DNA of 64,000 nt, taken from Desulfatiglandales bacterium. Its GTDB lineage: Bacteria > Desulfobacterota > DSM-4660 > Desulfatiglandales > Desulfatiglandaceae. The translations under genes were made by a program, and so were the position numbers. Within the stretch, counting starts at the first letter, position 1. Each line of letters begins with the position of its first letter. Positions 48,801-60,800 of this stretch are shown here, piece after piece. The stretch lies in assembly GCA_963666345.1 (NCBI GenBank), contig OY762721.1, forward strand, positions 512,001-576,000, read 5' to 3'. The notes below the pieces were generated by a model. That model saw nothing but the letters and a program-made list of their open reading frames with translations. It was not told the origin of the DNA and searched no databases.

Positions 48801-51800
48801 GTACCAGCTGCAAGATCAGCACCGTCCTCATTAAGATCAAGGGCTTCCTCGTAAACCGTAACTTCATCATCGTTTGTCGCAACAAGACCACTGTCTGTTA
48901 AGTCAATCGTCAACGTCGTGGTCGAAAGATCTCCATCTCCATCCTCTATCGTGTACACAAACACATCGCTTACATCACTTGTGATTCCGTCCGATGTGGA
49001 TTTGTACGTGTACCCACCATCTGCATCAAGCGTAAGATTACCGTACAGTCCCGCTATCTCAGTGCCTACATTTCCACTGGCATCCGTCGTCGTGTCTCCT
49101 CCAGCTGCCCTTACTCCTACTACTCCTCCTCCTGACTTGTAGCCGTCCGCTCCAGCCTCGTCATTAGAAAGTACTCCATTTGCCGCCGCTACCGTAAGAG
49201 TAGCTCCTTCGTCTACATCTCCTGTGTCAAACGTCGCCGTAGGTACATCATCCACTATGTCGATATAAATCGTCGCAGTGTCAGTGTTTCCGTTTGCATC
49301 CGTCACCTTGTAGGTAAAGGATTCAGCATTATCCTCTGTGTTCGTCCCGTTATCAGATGCCGGATCAGTGTCAAACGGCTTGGTCAACGTGTATATATAA
49401 CTGCCGTCAGAGTCGATCTCGATCTCACCGTAACTGCCCGTAGCACTCCCAACCAGCTCATAGGTAAGCGTCCCAAAACCTCCACTTACATTGCCCGTCA
49501 GGCTGTTGCTCGCATCCGTCTCTCCAATGCTCCCGGGTAAACTACCAGTTACCGTACCAGCTGCAAGATCAGCACCGTCCTCATTAAGATCAAGGGCTTC
49601 CTCGTAAACCGTAACTTCATCATCGTTTGTCGCAACAAGACCACTGTCTGTTAAGTCAATCGTCAACGTCGTGGTCGAAAGATCTCCATCTCCATCCTCT
49701 ATCGTGTACACAAACACATCGCTTACATCACTTGTGATTCCGTCCGATGTGGATTTGTACGTGTACCCACCATCTGCATCAAGCGTAAGATTACCGTACA
49801 GTCCCGCTATCTCAGTGCCTACATTTCCACTGGCATCCGTCGTCGTGTCTCCTCCAGCTGCCCTTACTCCTACTACTCCTCCTCCTGACTCGTAGCCGTC
49901 CGCTCCAGCCTCGTCATTAGAAAGTACTCCATTTGCCGCCGCTACCGTAAGAGTAGCTCCTTCGTCTACATCTCCTGTGTCAAACGTCGCCGTAGGTACA
50001 TCATCCACTATGTCGATATAAATCGTCGCAGTGTCAGTGTTTCCGTTTGCATCCGTCACCTTGTAGGTAAAGGATTCAGCATTATCCTCTGTGTTCGTCC
50101 CGTTATCAGATGCCGGATCAGTGTCAAACGGCTTGGTCAACGTGTATATATAACTGCCGTCAGAGTCGATCTCGATCTCACCGTAACTGCCCGTAGCACT
50201 CCCAACCAGCTCATAGGTAAGCGTCCCAAAACCTCCACTTACATTGCCCGTCAGGCTGTTGCTCGCATCCGTCTCTCCAATGCTCCCGGGTAAACTACCA
50301 GTTACCGTACCAGCTGCAAGATCAGCACCGTCCTCATTAAGATCAAGGGCTTCCTCGTAAACCGTAACTTCATCATCGTTTGTCGCAACAAGACCACTGT
50401 CTGTTAAGTCAATCGTCAACGTCGTGGTCGAAAGATCTCCATCTCCATCCTCTATCGTGTACACAAACACATCGCTTACATCACTTGTGATTCCGTCCGA
50501 TGTGGATTTGTACGTGTACCCACCATCTGCATCAAGCGTAAGATTACCGTACAGTCCCGCTATCTCAGTGCCTACATTTCCACTGGCATCCGTCGTCGTG
50601 TCTCCTCCAGCTGCCCTTACTCCTACTACTCCTCCTCCTGACTCGTAGCCGTCCGCTCCAGCCTCGTCATTAGAAAGTACTCCATTTGCCGCCGCTACCG
50701 TAAGAGTAGCTCCTTCGTCTACATCTCCTGTGTCAAACGTCGCCGTAGGTACATCATCCACTATGTCGATATAAATCGTCGCAGTGTCAGTGTTTCCGTT
50801 TGCATCCGTCACCTTGTAGGTAAAGGATTCAGCATTATCCTCTGTGTTCGTCCCGTTATCAGATGCCGGATCAGTGTCAAACGGCTTGGTCAACGTGTAT
50901 ATATAACTGCCGTCAGAGTCGATCTCGATCTCACCGTAACTGCCCGTAGCACTCCCAACCAGCTCATAGGTAAGCGTCCCAAAACCTCCACTTACATTGC
51001 CCGTCAGGCTGTTGCTCGCATCCGTCTCTCCAATGCTCCCGGGTAAACTACCAGTTACCGTACCAGCTGCAAGATCAGCACCGTCCTCATTAAGATCAAG
51101 GGCTTCCTCGTAAACCGTAACTTCATCATCGTTTGTCGCAACAAGACCACTGTCTGTTAAGTCAATCGTCAACGTCGTGGTCGAAAGATCTCCATCTCCA
51201 TCCTCTATCGTGTACACAAACACATCGCTTACATCACTTGTGATTCCGTCCGATGTGGATTTGTACGTGTACCCACCATCTGCATCAAGCGTAAGATTAC
51301 CGTACAGTCCCGCTATCTCAGTGCCTACATTTCCACTGGCATCCGTCGTCGTGTCTCCTCCAGCTGCCCTTACTCCTACTACTCCTCCTCCTGACTCGTA
51401 GCCGTCCGCTCCAGCCTCGTCATTAGAAAGTACTCCATTTGCCGCCGCTACCGTAAGAGTAGCTCCTTCGTCTACATCTCCTGTGTCAAACGTCGCCGTA
51501 GGTACATCATCCACTATGTCGATATAAATCGTCGCAGTGTCAGTGTTTCCGTTTGCATCCGTCACCTTGTAGGTAAAGGATTCAGCATTATCCTCTGTGT
51601 TCGTCCCGTTATCAGATGCCGGATCAGTGTCAAACGGCTTGGTCAACGTGTATATATAACTGCCGTCAGAGTCGATCTCGATCTCACCGTAACTGCCCGT
51701 AGCACTCCCAACCAGCTCATAGGTAAGCGTCCCAAAACCTCCACTTACATTGCCCGTCAGGCTGTTGCTCGCATCCGTCTCTCCAATGCTCCCGGGTAAA

Positions 51801-54800
51801 CTACCAGTTACCGTACCAGCTGCAAGATCAGCACCGTCCTCATTAAGATCAAGGGCTTCCTCGTAAACCGTAACTTCATCATCGTTTGTCGCAACAAGAC
51901 CACTGTCTGTTAAGTCAATCGTCAACGTCGTGGTCGAAAGATCTCCATCTCCATCCTCTATCGTGTACACAAACACATCGCTTACATCACTTGTGATTCC
52001 GTCCGATGTGGATTTGTACGTGTACCCACCATCTGCATCAAGCGTAAGATTACCGTACAGTCCCGCTATCTCAGTGCCTACATTTCCACTGGCATCCGTC
52101 GTCGTGTCTCCTCCAGCTGCCCTTACTCCTACTACTCCTCCTCCTGACTCGTAGCCGTCCGCTCCAGCCTCGTCATTAGAAAGTACTCCATTTGCCGCCG
52201 CTACCGTAAGAGTAGCTCCTTCGTCTACATCTCCTGTGTCAAACGTCGCCGTAGGTACATCATCCACTATGTCGATATAAATCGTCGCAGTGTCAGTGTT
52301 TCCGTTTGCATCCGTCACCTTGTAGGTAAAGGATTCAGCATTATCCTCTGTGTTCGTCCCGTTATCAGATGCCGGATCAGTGTCAAACGGCTTGGTCAAC
52401 GTGTATATATAACTGCCGTCAGAGTCGATCTCGATCTCACCGTAACTGCCCGTAGCACTCCCAACCAGCTCATAGGTAAGCGTCCCAAAACCTCCACTTA
52501 CATTGCCCGTCAGGCTGTTGCTCGCATCCGTCTCTCCAATGCTCCCGGGTAAACTACCAGTTACCGTACCAGCTGCAAGATCAGCACCGTCCTCATTAAG
52601 ATCAAGGGCTTCCTCGTAAACCGTAACTTCATCATCGTTTGTCGCAACAAGACCACTGTCTGTTAAGTCAATCGTCAACGTCGTGGTCGAAAGATCTCCA
52701 TCTCCATCCTCTATCGTGTACACAAACACATCGCTTACATCACTTGTGATTCCGTCCGATGTGGATTTGTACGTGTACCCACCATCTGCATCAAGCGTAA
52801 GATTACCGTACAGTCCCGCTATCTCAGTGCCTACATTTCCACTGGCATCCGTCGTCGTGTCTCCTCCAGCTGCCCTTACTCCTACTACTCCTCCTCCTGA
52901 CTCGTAGCCGTCCGCTCCAGCCTCGTCATTAGAAAGTACTCCATTTGCCGCCGCTACTGTAAGAGTAGCTCCTTCGTCTACATCTCCTGTGTCAAACGTC
53001 GCACTCGGACCGTCATCCTCAAAGCTGAACATGGCGCTGATATCCAACTCATCGGTGGCTACATCACCATCTCCATCTGTCACTGTTACCTTGGCGCCTA
53101 TAACTCCTGCGCTAAGATTCATCGCATCGTCATAATTCGTGTCATCATCATGCGTCAGGGACAGATACTGCGTCAGCGTCACTTCGCCTGTGTCGCTGTC
53201 TATCGTAAAGTCAAAAGCAACATCACCACCTGCTCGACCCTCGATCGTGCCTGCGTTGTTGTAAAGCAACACGTCAGTGCCGTCCGTGGTGTCAAGACCA
53301 GAATCAGTTCCATCAGAGGATATCGTCAGGCTGAACTCGCTCGTTCCTCCTTCTTCATCCGCTCCATAGGCTGAGCCTGTAGAGTTAACTAGAACCGCAC
53401 TGGCCTGGCCAAGAGCTCCACTTACATCATCTCCGTCTGCACTCTCGTCTACACTGATGCTGGCTCCCTCAGAACCTATGGTGGCACTCGGGCCGTCATC
53501 GTCAAAGCTGAACACCGAAGCACCAAGATCAATGGAGTGATCGGCTGTATCTCCGTCGGCATCCGTTACCGTGGCTTTGATCTGAAGGTCGCTCGACAAA
53601 GTCGTCGTCAAGGTCTCTGTGTCGTCATGGTCACTATCATCACCGTGCCAGATGGCTGCCAGCTGATTGAGCTCTACATCTCCTGTGCTCGGATCAAGGG
53701 TGATGGTGAAGTAGTCGGTTCCGCCAGCAGAACCCGTGATCACATCACCACTCTGGGTCATGATGATCTCTTCTCCCTGGCCGTATCCGTCTCCGTCTGT
53801 TGCATCCGTATCTGTCGCATCAATAGCATACAGACCAGAGCCAACACCGCTGCCGGTGTCGTTCAGAACCAGCTCGTAATCAACACTGCCCGCTCCATCC
53901 TCACCGTAATCAATCGCAGGAGTAAAGTTGTCCGCAAAATTGTGCTCAGCATCAGTGCTAAGATCGCTCTCGTCTACACTGAACGTATCAGCGGCAATAA
54001 CTTCTCCAGCATCAATGCTCGGGCCGTCATCGTCAAAGCTGAACACGCCTTGACTCAGATCAAGAGAGGCAGAGGCCGAATCATTGTCGGAATCTGTCAC
54101 AGTCTTGGTAAGCAGTATAGAACCGGGTAAGGCATTGAGCGTCTCAACATCGTCGTGCTCTGTTGCAGGGTCATCACCGGGCAGGTCGTGCCAGATGTTA
54201 TTGGACTGACTAAAGGTGACATGTCCGAATGTAGGAGATTGAGGGTCGTTGTCCACGCTGATCCGGAAGTATTCCGTCTGCCCAACCTTTCCTACTATGT
54301 CTCCAAATTCCTGGTACAGCAGGATCTCTTCGCCCTGGCCGTAGCCGTCTATGGACGTCTCGATATCTGTCGGATCAAGGGCATAAAGACCTGATCCCAC
54401 ACCTCCCACCAGCAAAACGCCACCGCCTGCGATGGCATCTCCCAGATCCGGGTTGGAAGCCATCTGCCCCTGAAGCGACAGCCTGTAATCCACATAACCA
54501 GGACCGTCAGCTCCAAAGTTGTCTCCGTCGTCATCAAAATTGTCAGAAAAATCAGCCGTCACGCTATGGATCCCGTCATCAATGCCGTCATCCTCAACAG
54601 GAACCTCTACGGGATCGGGAACTGGAGATTCGTCCAAAGTTAATGTGTCAAGATCAATATCACTCAGATACACAACCGGTGTGTCGTCATCCACGTTGAT
54701 GAGGAAACTGCCGTCAACCGTGTCCCCATCACCGTCCGTCACCCGGTAGTCAATGGTAAAATCAAGGTTTTCCTCAAATGTGCCTGACTCGGGATGCATA

Positions 54801-57637
54801 ATCGGGGCAAGCTGGGTGACCGTGTAATCCCCTGAGCTTGTATCCGCCAGTTGGACCTCGATCACCTCCACCCACTGCCCGAAGCCGTTATCCGATATCA
54901 GCAGATCTGAGGTAGCTATCATACTGCTCCCTACAAAATCATAGTCCCCTTCTCCTCCCTGATACTGGGAGATGACAAGGTTCTGGCCGTCAGGCGAAAG
55001 CTCATATTTGAACTCCCCTGGCATAGCCATCGGAAATCCATTTGGCACGGCTGCGATGAACTCAACGCCGTTTGGCGGCCCTTCGTAACCGTACTCAGGA
55101 AGGCTTGCACCGGTAAGGAGCACAGTACCGGGACCGTCCGCTCCGTAGCTGTGTGCCAGGGTGCCTGTGGTGTGGAGGGGCTCGGGAAGATCGTCTTCTC
55201 CGCCGAAGTTGGGATCGTCATAGGTCTCGACAGCGTTCTCGTCATCCAGGAGCACATCCGGGTTGTCTTCCACTATCACCGGGGTGTCGTCATCAACGTT
55301 TATGAGGAAGCTTCCGTCCATGGTGTCACCGTCAGCATCGGTCACCTGGTAGTCGACGGTAAAATCAAGGTTTTCTTCAAATGTGCCTGACTCAGGATGA
55401 AACACCGGCGCATTCTGGGTAACCGTGTAATCACCGGAACTGGCCTCTGCCATGGTAACAGTAAGCACAGCAACAGGACCATCTCCCTGGTCCTGGTAGA
55501 TTGTAAGGGTCTGTCCCTCGTCTGTTACCTGCGAGCTGAATCCACCCTCAGATGGCAGGTCAGCACCTGTAAGAAGCACAGTGCCTGCACCATCTGCTCC
55601 GTAGCTGTGCGCCAGGGTGCCTGTGGCATTGGCTGTTGCACCAAGGTCACCCTCACCACCGAGGTTCGGATTATCATAGGGAACTTCTGCATCTTCATCA
55701 TCTAAGAGCACATCGGGGTTGTCTTCAACAATAACAGGTGCATCGTCATCAACCGTTACCGTAAAGGCACCATCCTGCGTATCCCCGTCCGCATCCGTCA
55801 CTGTAAAGGAGACATCTATTATGTTGTCATCTTCCGTGTTTATTATCTCATGGGCCAAGGCCTGGTTAAGCGTAAAGGTGTATTCACCCCCCTCAACAGA
55901 TGGATCAACTACTATTGTCCAGGCATTGTCAGCACCAGTAAGGGTAAGTGTCTCAGCATCCCAGGCGGCACCTGCCGCTGAAAGAGCGAAACCTGCACCA
56001 TTTGATCCTGCACCGTCCGCTCCAAAGGACACTCCAAGGTTTCCCGTGGCTGTAATCGCCTCACCTTCAAGGTCACCACCTTCGTAACTGTCACCAATGT
56101 TTCCTCCTTCAAGCCCTTCTTCATCCACTGACACACTGGTAGTATCTCCAATCACCGGGATGTCATCCGTCACCTGAAGCGTCACGATTACCGCGGGGGC
56201 TTCGTCACCGTCTGCGTCCTGCCCAACAATAGCCACAGTGTCAAGCACATTCGTCTGCTCGCCCTGGTCGTCCTGACCCAGAAGCACGTTATCCAAAAGG
56301 GTGTAGGTATAGGTGCCGTCAATGTTTACCAGCAAAGAGGCAGCTGCTGCCGTGTCGTCCGTGCCAAGGAACGTTCCGTCCTGGCCCCAGTAAACGGTTG
56401 CGCCTGCCGCAAAATCCTCTCCACCGACGCTGAAACCGACAGCCGAGCCAAATCCGTCGGCCCCCCAGTTCACGTTATCCACTATGGTCCCGCCGACCGA
56501 GTCTACTCCTCCGTCATCCTCATCTATGCCGCCTTCCATTTTCTCGTCTTCCACCGTCACGGTGTCGGAGATCGCTGGTCCCATCATGGTATAATTGGAG
56601 TCATCAAATGGGCCTTCCGGCTCGTATTCCCAAGCTTCGGGGATATCGTCATCAAATGTCACTGCCAGGGTGCCGTTTGCAGTATCGCCGTCACTGTCAA
56701 ACACTGTGTAGGTAAGTGTGGCGGTGGCGTCGTTTTCAGTATTATCGCCTTCCTCACCGTCCAAAGATTCGTGCAGCACGTTATCCAATAACGTAACAGT
56801 GTATTCACCTGTAAGCGGGTTTACCTGCACCTCAAAAAGGGGCGTATCCGCTCGATCACCATCTGATATAACGGCTGTAAGCGTGCTTGTGCCTGCATCC
56901 CAGCTGTAGGTGACTTCCTCCGTGCCTACCATGGCGGTCTGACCGTTCATACCGGCAAAACCGATAAAGCCCGGGCCGTCTCCTCCAAAGTCGTGCGCGA
57001 GCACACCGCTGAAGGTCGCTTCGTTAAAGTCATCATCAGGGTCAACAACTTCATCCCCGATACCGCCTTCTATACCTCCGGGCAGGCCTTCATCGTCCAC
57101 CGTCGCAAAGGACTCACCCGCGGTAGGCTGATAATCAATATCGTCCCCGTCAAACGGATCAACCGCATCACCCGTTAGCCCGGTCGTCTCGGCGCCGCTT
57201 CCGGGGGTGACCTCTTCTCCCGTCAGGTCAAAGCTCACAATCGGGTGGCCTCCGCCTGCCCCTGCTGCCCCGCCCGCAGCGGTTGCCTCAAGCTCTATCT
57301 CCTCTCCGCCTTCAAGAAGCGCCTGCTGGATCTGCTCGGCATCGGCTGTGGCCTCGGCCACATCTTCAGGAGCAACACCCGCATACACATCCTCATCTAT
57401 TACGATATCGCTCATCCTGCCGATATCAAGCTGCGTGGGGGGAGGTCCGTCAAGCATTATGGAGACGCTTCCGTCATCCTCGGTTATTATGCGGTCAAAG
57501 GCGAAGATCGGGCTGTTTACCGACAGGACCCTGGTAGCGCCGTCCTCGGATACGGCCTTTACCTTACCGTAGATGATAAATGCCTTGCCTACCGCCTGAT
57601 TCGTACCGGATGCCTGCGTAGATGCCGTGTCTGCCAT
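42821..57637 (-). CDS. lapA: Giant LapA-like RTX adhesin A (4938 aa): retention module, acidic Ig-like repeats, DUF4114-like region, VWA, RTX, T1SS signal
   Basis: N-terminal retention module with EATAAG (T119-G122), many T/DxDGD repeats, VWA MIDAS DMSGS, about 10 GGxGxD-type nonapeptides near the C-terminus; AAGGAG RBS. Confidence 0.93.
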   Translation of the reverse strand: MADTASTQASGTNQAVGKAFIIYGKVKAVSEDGATRVLSVNSPIFAFDRIITEDDGSVSIMLDGPPPTQLDIGRMSDIVIDEDVYAGVAPEDVAEATADAEQIQQALLEGGEEIELEATAAGGAAGAGGGHPIVSFDLTGEEVTPGSGAETTGLTGDAVDPFDGDDIDYQPTAGESFATVDDEGLPGGIEGGIGDEVVDPDDDFNEATFSGVLAHDFGGDGPGFIGFAGMNGQTAMVGTEEVTYSWDAGTSTLTAVISDGDRADTPLFEVQVNPLTGEYTVTLLDNVLHESLDGEEGDNTENDATATLTYTVFDSDGDTANGTLAVTFDDDIPEAWEYEPEGPFDDSNYTMMGPAISDTVTVEDEKMEGGIDEDDGGVDSVGGTIVDNVNWGADGFGSAVGFSVGGEDFAAGATVYWGQDGTFLGTDDTAAAASLLVNIDGTYTYTLLDNVLLGQDDQGEQTNVLDTVAIVGQDADGDEAPAVIVTLQVTDDIPVIGDTTSVSVDEEGLEGGNIGDSYEGGDLEGEAITATGNLGVSFGADGAGSNGAGFALSAAGAAWDAETLTLTGADNAWTIVVDPSVEGGEYTFTLNQALAHEIINTEDDNIIDVSFTVTDADGDTQDGAFTVTVDDDAPVIVEDNPDVLLDDEDAEVPYDNPNLGGEGDLGATANATGTLAHSYGADGAGTVLLTGADLPSEGGFSSQVTDEGQTLTIYQDQGDGPVAVLTVTMAEASSGDYTVTQNAPVFHPESGTFEENLDFTVDYQVTDADGDTMDGSFLINVDDDTPVIVEDNPDVLLDDENAVETYDDPNFGGEDDLPEPLHTTGTLAHSYGADGPGTVLLTGASLPEYGYEGPPNGVEFIAAVPNGFPMAMPGEFKYELSPDGQNLVISQYQGGEGDYDFVGSSMIATSDLLISDNGFGQWVEVIEVQLADTSSGDYTVTQLAPIMHPESGTFEENLDFTIDYRVTDGDGDTVDGSFLINVDDDTPVVYLSDIDLDTLTLDESPVPDPVEVPVEDDGIDDGIHSVTADFSDNFDDDGDNFGADGPGYVDYRLSLQGQMASNPDLGDAIAGGGVLLVGGVGSGLYALDPTDIETSIDGYGQGEEILLYQEFGDIVGKVGQTEYFRISVDNDPQSPTFGHVTFSQSNNIWHDLPGDDPATEHDDVETLNALPGSILLTKTVTDSDNDSASASLDLSQGVFSFDDDGPSIDAGEVIAADTFSVDESDLSTDAEHNFADNFTPAIDYGEDGAGSVDYELVLNDTGSGVGSGLYAIDATDTDATDGDGYGQGEEIIMTQSGDVITGSAGGTDYFTITLDPSTGDVELNQLAAIWHGDDSDHDDTETLTTTLSSDLQIKATVTDADGDTADHSIDLGASVFSFDDDGPSATIGSEGASISVDESADGDDVSGALGQASAVLVNSTGSAYGADEEGGTSEFSLTISSDGTDSGLDTTDGTDVLLYNNAGTIEGRAGGDVAFDFTIDSDTGEVTLTQYLSLTHDDDTNYDDAMNLSAGVIGAKVTVTDGDGDVATDELDISAMFSFEDDGPSATFDTGDVDEGATLTVAAANGVLSNDEAGADGYESGGGVVGVRAAGGDTTTDASGNVGTEIAGLYGNLTLDADGGYTYKSTSDGITSDVSDVFVYTIEDGDGDLSTTTLTIDLTDSGLVATNDDEVTVYEEALDLNEDGADLAAGTVTGSLPGSIGETDASNSLTGNVSGGFGTLTYELVGSATGSYGEIEIDSDGSYIYTLTKPFDTDPASDNGTNTEDNAESFTYKVTDANGNTDTATIYIDIVDDVPTATFDTGDVDEGATLTVAAANGVLSNDEAGADGYESGGGVVGVRAAGGDTTTDASGNVGTEIAGLYGNLTLDADGGYTYKSTSDGITSDVSDVFVYTIEDGDGDLSTTTLTIDLTDSGLVATNDDEVTVYEEALDLNEDGADLAAGTVTGSLPGSIGETDASNSLTGNVSGGFGTLTYELVGSATGSYGEIEIDSDGSYIYTLTKPFDTDPASDNGTNTEDNAESFTYKVTDANGNTDTATIYIDIVDDVPTATFDTGDVDEGATLTVAAANGVLSNDEAGADGYESGGGVVGVRAAGGDTTTDASGNVGTEIAGLYGNLTLDADGGYTYKSTSDGITSDVSDVFVYTIEDGDGDLSTTTLTIDLTDSGLVATNDDEVTVYEEALDLNEDGADLAAGTVTGSLPGSIGETDASNSLTGNVSGGFGTLTYELVGSATGSYGEIEIDSDGSYIYTLTKPFDTDPASDNGTNTEDNAESFTYKVTDANGNTDTATIYIDIVDDVPTATFDTGDVDEGATLTVAAANGVLSNDEAGADGYESGGGVVGVRAAGGDTTTDASGNVGTEIAGLYGNLTLDADGGYTYKSTSDGITSDVSDVFVYTIEDGDGDLSTTTLTIDLTDSGLVATNDDEVTVYEEALDLNEDGADLAAGTVTGSLPGSIGETDASNSLTGNVSGGFGTLTYELVGSATGSYGEIEIDSDGSYIYTLTKPFDTDPASDNGTNTEDNAESFTYKVTDANGNTDTATIYIDIVDDVPTATFDTGDVDEGATLTVAAANGVLSNDEAGADGYESGGGVVGVRAAGGDTTTDASGNVGTEIAGLYGNLTLDADGGYTYKSTSDGITSDVSDVFVYTIEDGDGDLSTTTLTIDLTDSGLVATNDDEVTVYEEALDLNEDGADLAAGTVTGSLPGSIGETDASNSLTGNVSGGFGTLTYELVGSATGSYGEIEIDSDGSYIYTLTKPFDTDPASDNGTNTEDNAESFTYKVTDANGNTDTATIYIDIVDDVPTATFDTGDVDEGATLTVAAANGVLSNDEAGADGYKSGGGVVGVRAAGGDTTTDASGNVGTEIAGLYGNLTLDADGGYTYKSTSDGITSDVSDVFVYTIEDGDGDLSTTTLTIDLTDSGLVATNDDEVTVYEEALDLNEDGADLAAGTVTGSLPGSIGETDASNSLTGNVSGGFGTLTYELVGSATGSYGEIEIDSDGSYIYTLTKPFDTDPASDNGTNTEDNAESFTYKVTDANGNTDTATIYIDIVDDVPTATFDTGDVDEGATLTVAAANGVLSNDEAGADGYESGGGVVGVRAAGGDTTTDASGNVGTEIAGLYGNLTLDADGGYTYKSTSDGITSDVSDVFVYTIEDGDGDLSTTTLTIDLTDSGLVATNDDEVTVYEEALDLNEDGADLAAGTVTGSLPGSIGETDASNSLTGNVSGGFGTLTYELVGSATGSYGEIEIDSDGSYIYTLTKPFDTDPASDNGTNTEDNAESFTYKVTDANGNTDTATIYIDIVDDVPTATFDTGDVDEGATLTVAAANGVLSNDEAGADGYESGGGVVGVRAAGGDTTTDASGNVGTEIAGLYGNLTLDADGGYTYKSTSDGITSDVSDVFVYTIEDGDGDLSTTTLTIDLTDSGLVATNDDEVTVYEEALDLNEDGADLAAGTVTGSLPGSIGETDASNSLTGNVSGGFGTLTYELVGSATGSYGEIEIDSDGSYIYTLTKPFDTDPASDNGTNTEDNAESFTYKVTDANGNTDTATIYIDIVDDVPSITAQAGAETYSFTAEYQNVGVAGYDNSYGYYIKDGNGDPTTGEIIWANVKAAGGPVTVEGYAPEQVGFFIIPDGAGQNPDLADGDDITFQQVGGVWQALQDGTALTGEGANIFFDNAALNVDGYSHVQDNEWAGNQNWEDLFWDTDSDYEDVNINVTWNAGVKVDESDFGTDDTKDFSTYFDIEGGADGLESVAYTLGVATAGVDSGLVDSKSGNDVFLFVESGEVVGREGTDALNAESGDIVFTVSVDGTGNVTLDQARAVMHSTSDPNEIITLADAGSVTLTATATDGDGDTAADTIDIGTLLRFGDDAPTAEDDSDSVTEDGSTVATGNVLTGVDVPGGDANTTDGVADDAGADGGPAVTWVRTGEIGDSSTPVNPGSSLAGDYGTVTLNADGSYEYELDNDNGDVQSLDEGETLTDIFTYSMRDADGDTSMATLTITINGTDDAPEILTVTDASYDEEALSEGNPGDSYTGHVGDLADMPDGDVNSTGTLDIDYGSDGPAAVDPLVIELDTAGVQTADGQDVVWSSVDNKAYIDGTSTEVFAITVNGDGTYTYSQSLALMHGTVDAEDDLELDFSFTATDGDGDTAQGSFTVTVDDDAPLASDISTDVDEATAPSTNLMIILDMSGSMDWGSGVSGYATRLAVAKEAIDNLISEYDDRGDVMVRIVTFSSSASAYGSTWMTATDAQNYITGLNDYAGNGGTNYEAAIEEAMDAFNDSGAITDAQNVSYFLSDGDPNDGYEIGSTDEGVWEGFLEDNHIISFALGMGDDITSTATLDPIAYDGITPEEIPAVIVDDLADLADVLAGSVITPATGSLLDGVDFGADGEGTLEVVSIAHDTDGNGTIDPDEVYDTSSPEYDSGTDTLTITTHEGGTLSVNFETGDYSYSSPANVTEDTPEVFTYTIRDGDGDTASADLTITIKDGVPTALGDSGTAEEGFWSPGSDVTYDGTVTEPPVWTGPTTTAVSGTWSVDPSGWSSNVVTVDTSHFSLEADASHQASVSVYIDVKKYNPDDTVSVALYKDGVQVGASQSVTSDGIKIFTGIDENGTYYVRLSADDNTFWSGNLKVDMKNLSYTAYDLETSETVITVTAPDFDWTDAVAASGNVLDNDDAGNDGGMLVTEVDGEIPDGNGVITVTTANGSLQVYTVAYDGHDAGDYVYTPVASDIPPGTSDTFTYTVQDADGSEDTADLTVGITDHPYAATTGDDVFQGGAGNDTAVGDAGNDHLAGGAGDDTLSGSDGTDILEGEAGNDTLNGNGGSDYLSGGAGNDTLDGGAGNDILDGGAGDDTMTGGDGTDIFRAGEGHDTIIDYDQSEDDLIDFTNIAGIDHYGVRDDGGDAELVLYGDAAETTELGSVTFDNIDYGDLTVGDELNSLLDDIDIDD
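46983..53002 (-). repeat. Intragenic tandem array, 8 x 753 bp (251 aa)
   Basis: Exact 753-bp period. Only substitutions noticed: 49138 (E to K) and 52958 (synonymous). Confidence 0.95.
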
Positions 57638-57694
57638 GGTGATATCTCCTTATATTGGATCGATTTTATGGCTTTTTATTGCAATTTTGCCCCT

Positions 57695-57738
57695 AATCTA
57701 GCCTGTAGCGCCCTTACGGTCTATTGTACCTTGGTACA
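57695..57738 (-). promoter_or_regulatory. Putative adhesin A promoter with palindromic activator site
   Basis: TGTACC-tt-GGTACA at 57725-57738, immediately upstream of minus-strand TAGACC-N17-TAGATT. Confidence 0.55.
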
Positions 57739-57810
57739 GGCTTTTAAACTTTTTTATGAAAAAATGGAGCTTTCAAGCCTAAAAATCCTTTCCAAAAGCG
57801 GTTTGCCGAT

Positions 57811-57859
57811 AAAAAAACTGCCGCGAAGGCGCTGAAATCGTCTTACACGGCAGTCTTTT
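57811..57859 (-). terminator. Terminator of adhesin B, ACTGCCG family copy 3
   Basis: A6-ACTGCCGCG...CACGGCAGTCTTTT. Confidence 0.75.
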
Positions 57860-57891
57860 GCTGTTACAGGGTTATATGTTATTGCTATTGT

Positions 57892-60800
57892 TTATGTTGT
57901 AGGGTCTTCCGGATCCACGTCAACCTGCCCTAACAGAGAGTCAAGTTCATCACCGACTGTTAAATCACCGTAACCGATGTCATCGAAGGTGACGCTCCCA
58001 AGTTCGGTATTGGTGTCGTCATAAAGGACCAGTTCGGCATCATCGCCGTCCGCTCTCACACCATAGTGGTCCAGACCGGCAATATGAGTGAAATCAACAA
58101 GATCACCCTCGGCCTGATCATAATCCATGATGGTGTCATGACCCTCACCCGCCCTGAACGTGTCAGCTCCTCCATCTCCTGTCAAGGTGTCGTCGCCGGC
58201 ACCGCCGTCAAGTACGTTCGCGCCGTTGTTTCCGGAAAGGGTGTCGTCATAGTCGGAGCCTGTGAGGTTTTCGATACTGTTGAGATGATCCCAGCCGGAA
58301 CCGCCTGTATTCTGCCAGCCGCCATTGTCGAGATCTACGTTGACCGAACTTCCTGCGTCTGCATAGGACGCGGTATCGTTGCCGCCTTGGCCATCCAACC
58401 AGTCGTTACCGGCACCACCGGCCAGGTAGTCGTTGCCCTGCCCGCCGAAAAGCACGTCGTCTTCAGTACCACCGGCAAGGATGTCGTCGCCGCCTTGGCC
58501 ATTCAACCAGTCGCTGCCGGCACCGCCTGCAAGGATGTCGTCGCCGTGACCCCCGAAAAGATCATCGTTACCACCGTTTCCGATCAGGATGTCATTTCCT
58601 TCATTGCCGGATAATGTATGCCCTGAATTGTTATCAATGAGTATCTCGTCCTGCCAGGTCCCGTTAATGCCGCCGGAACCGTCGCGGGTCACGGTCACGT
58701 TTCCCGTATCCGACTGCGATCCGGCGCTGTTCGTGTAGACAAACGAACCCCCGGAGGTCCCGTCGTCGTCAAAGGAGACCGAATCAGGGGAAAGGGTCAC
58801 GGAATCTGCCCCGTCAGAGGAATCGATCCCTGTGATCGCCTGGTCCACACCGTCGGGAGGCGTGTCATTTGCCAGAAGCGCCCAGTCGGGAATCTCAACT
58901 GTTCCATTGCTTGAATACCTGGCGATAACGTTATCATCCCGCACAACCAGAGGACCGTTTCCAGGATCGATGCCGATGTGGAGAGTCGCCCCGTCAGTAT
59001 CACCGTCATTATCAATGAGGGTATAGTCAAAATCCTCACTGATCGCTCCGGTAATTATGGCAGGAGGAGTGTAGGTGTATTCACCTGTATCAAAATCAAG
59101 CTCTATGGTGCCGCCCGAACCGATATCGATAGTCTGAACAGGATTTCCTTCCTCATAAAAGTAAGTCACCCCGTCCACGATAATCGACTGCACATGCCCG
59201 CCGTCCGCTCCGAATTCAGCAGACGTGCCGCTTCCCAGATAACCGCTTAAAGGCAGCGCGTACGCGGTGTTGGCAAGGATGGTTGAAAGCTGACTCAGAT
59301 CGGTTACAACAACCGCCGGTATTTCAGAGCCGGAGGCCCCGTCATAGGCAAGTGGGTTGAGATCGTCTTCATCAACATTTTCACCCATGCCCATGGCATA
59401 GGATCTGATGTCATTGGAATCCAGGAAACTCTCCCAGGCCGCCTCATCAGAGGAATCAATACCTTGGCCGCTACTGGGTTTTCCATCCGAGATAAAATAG
59501 GAAACGCTCTGCGCCCCGGGGATCGTTCCCGGATCCGCGTAAGCGGATTCCACCGCTGCTACGGCATCCTTATAGTCGGTGCCGCCGCCCGCGTTAAGAG
59601 ACATCAGCGCGGCCTTTGCCTCGTCGATGCTCAACCATCTGTCATCATCTGATCCGGCTTCCCAGGCCGAACCATTGAACGCGATCAGCTTTACACTCAC
59701 ATCGCCCAGGGCGTCATACTGCTCAAACAACTCATTTATGGACGTCTTTGCAAGCTCAAGCCTTGTCAGGCCATCCACGCCGGATTGATCACCCATGCTT
59801 CCCGAGACATCAAGCGTTATGATCAGGTTGGTGTCGGTCTCAAAGCTTGAGGTCTCCTCGCTCGAGACATCCTGGGCCACAGGCATATCATCGTCAAAGG
59901 TTATGCCGAACGTTCCGTCAACCGCATCCCCGTCGGCATCCGTGACCGTGTAGGTGAGCTGAACCTCAGCGTCGTTCTCATAAGGGGCCTCGGGTGTGCC
60001 CAGATCGAAGGTGATCTGTTTGACGTTGTAATCACTGCTGTCATCGCCTGAGGTGTCGTCACTTCCGGTCCGGGCCGAGAAGCGGATTTCATCGAAGCCG
60101 CCTTCGGGACCCGTGATCACGAGCTGGAAATCGCCCCCTGTGCTGTCCGCCGTGAATGTGGTGGCAGCCTGGACCAGATTGCCGTTGTTGTATAGCTCGT
60201 AAGCGCCGACCTCGTTCCCCACGCCGCTTTCCGTGGAGTAGAAAACGTTGATGTCCACAGTGGCCGTGGTGGCGATCATTCCGTCGGCTGCCTCACCCGC
60301 TCCATTCTGAAGCTCAAAGGTCATGACCTCGGACGTGGTGTCGGACGAGTTGCCGTCTTGGCCGAGATAGTTAATCTCATTGCTGTAGGAGGCGCTGCCG
60401 TCAACATCCGAGGTAATGCCGAAGGCCGTCCCGTCACCTGATTCATTCGAGTTAAAGTTGAGGGCGGCATCGGGATCTTCCGGTACAGCCACGGTAACCT
60501 TTACCATATCGCCTGCTGCCATGCCGCTGCCGAGATCCGTATTTCCGGTGTTTACGCTTATCTGCTGAGGATCGAGAAGCTCCGGAGGATCATGAAGCAC
60601 GTTATCAAGCAGAGTAACCGTGTAAGCGCCTGTTGAGGGATCGGTCACCTCAACCTGGAAAAGATCCGTGCCGTCCCTGTCACCACCGGTTATGGTGGCG
60701 GTCAAAGTGTCTGTGCCCGCATCCCAGCCGTATGTAACGGTCTCTGTGCCCACGGTAGCCGTATCACCATCCATCGAGGCAAAATCAATATCTCCGGCTC

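Noticed and set aside
47412..52907. Eight near-identical 74-aa plus-strand ORFs
   Set aside because: Antisense by-product of the 753-bp coding repeat.
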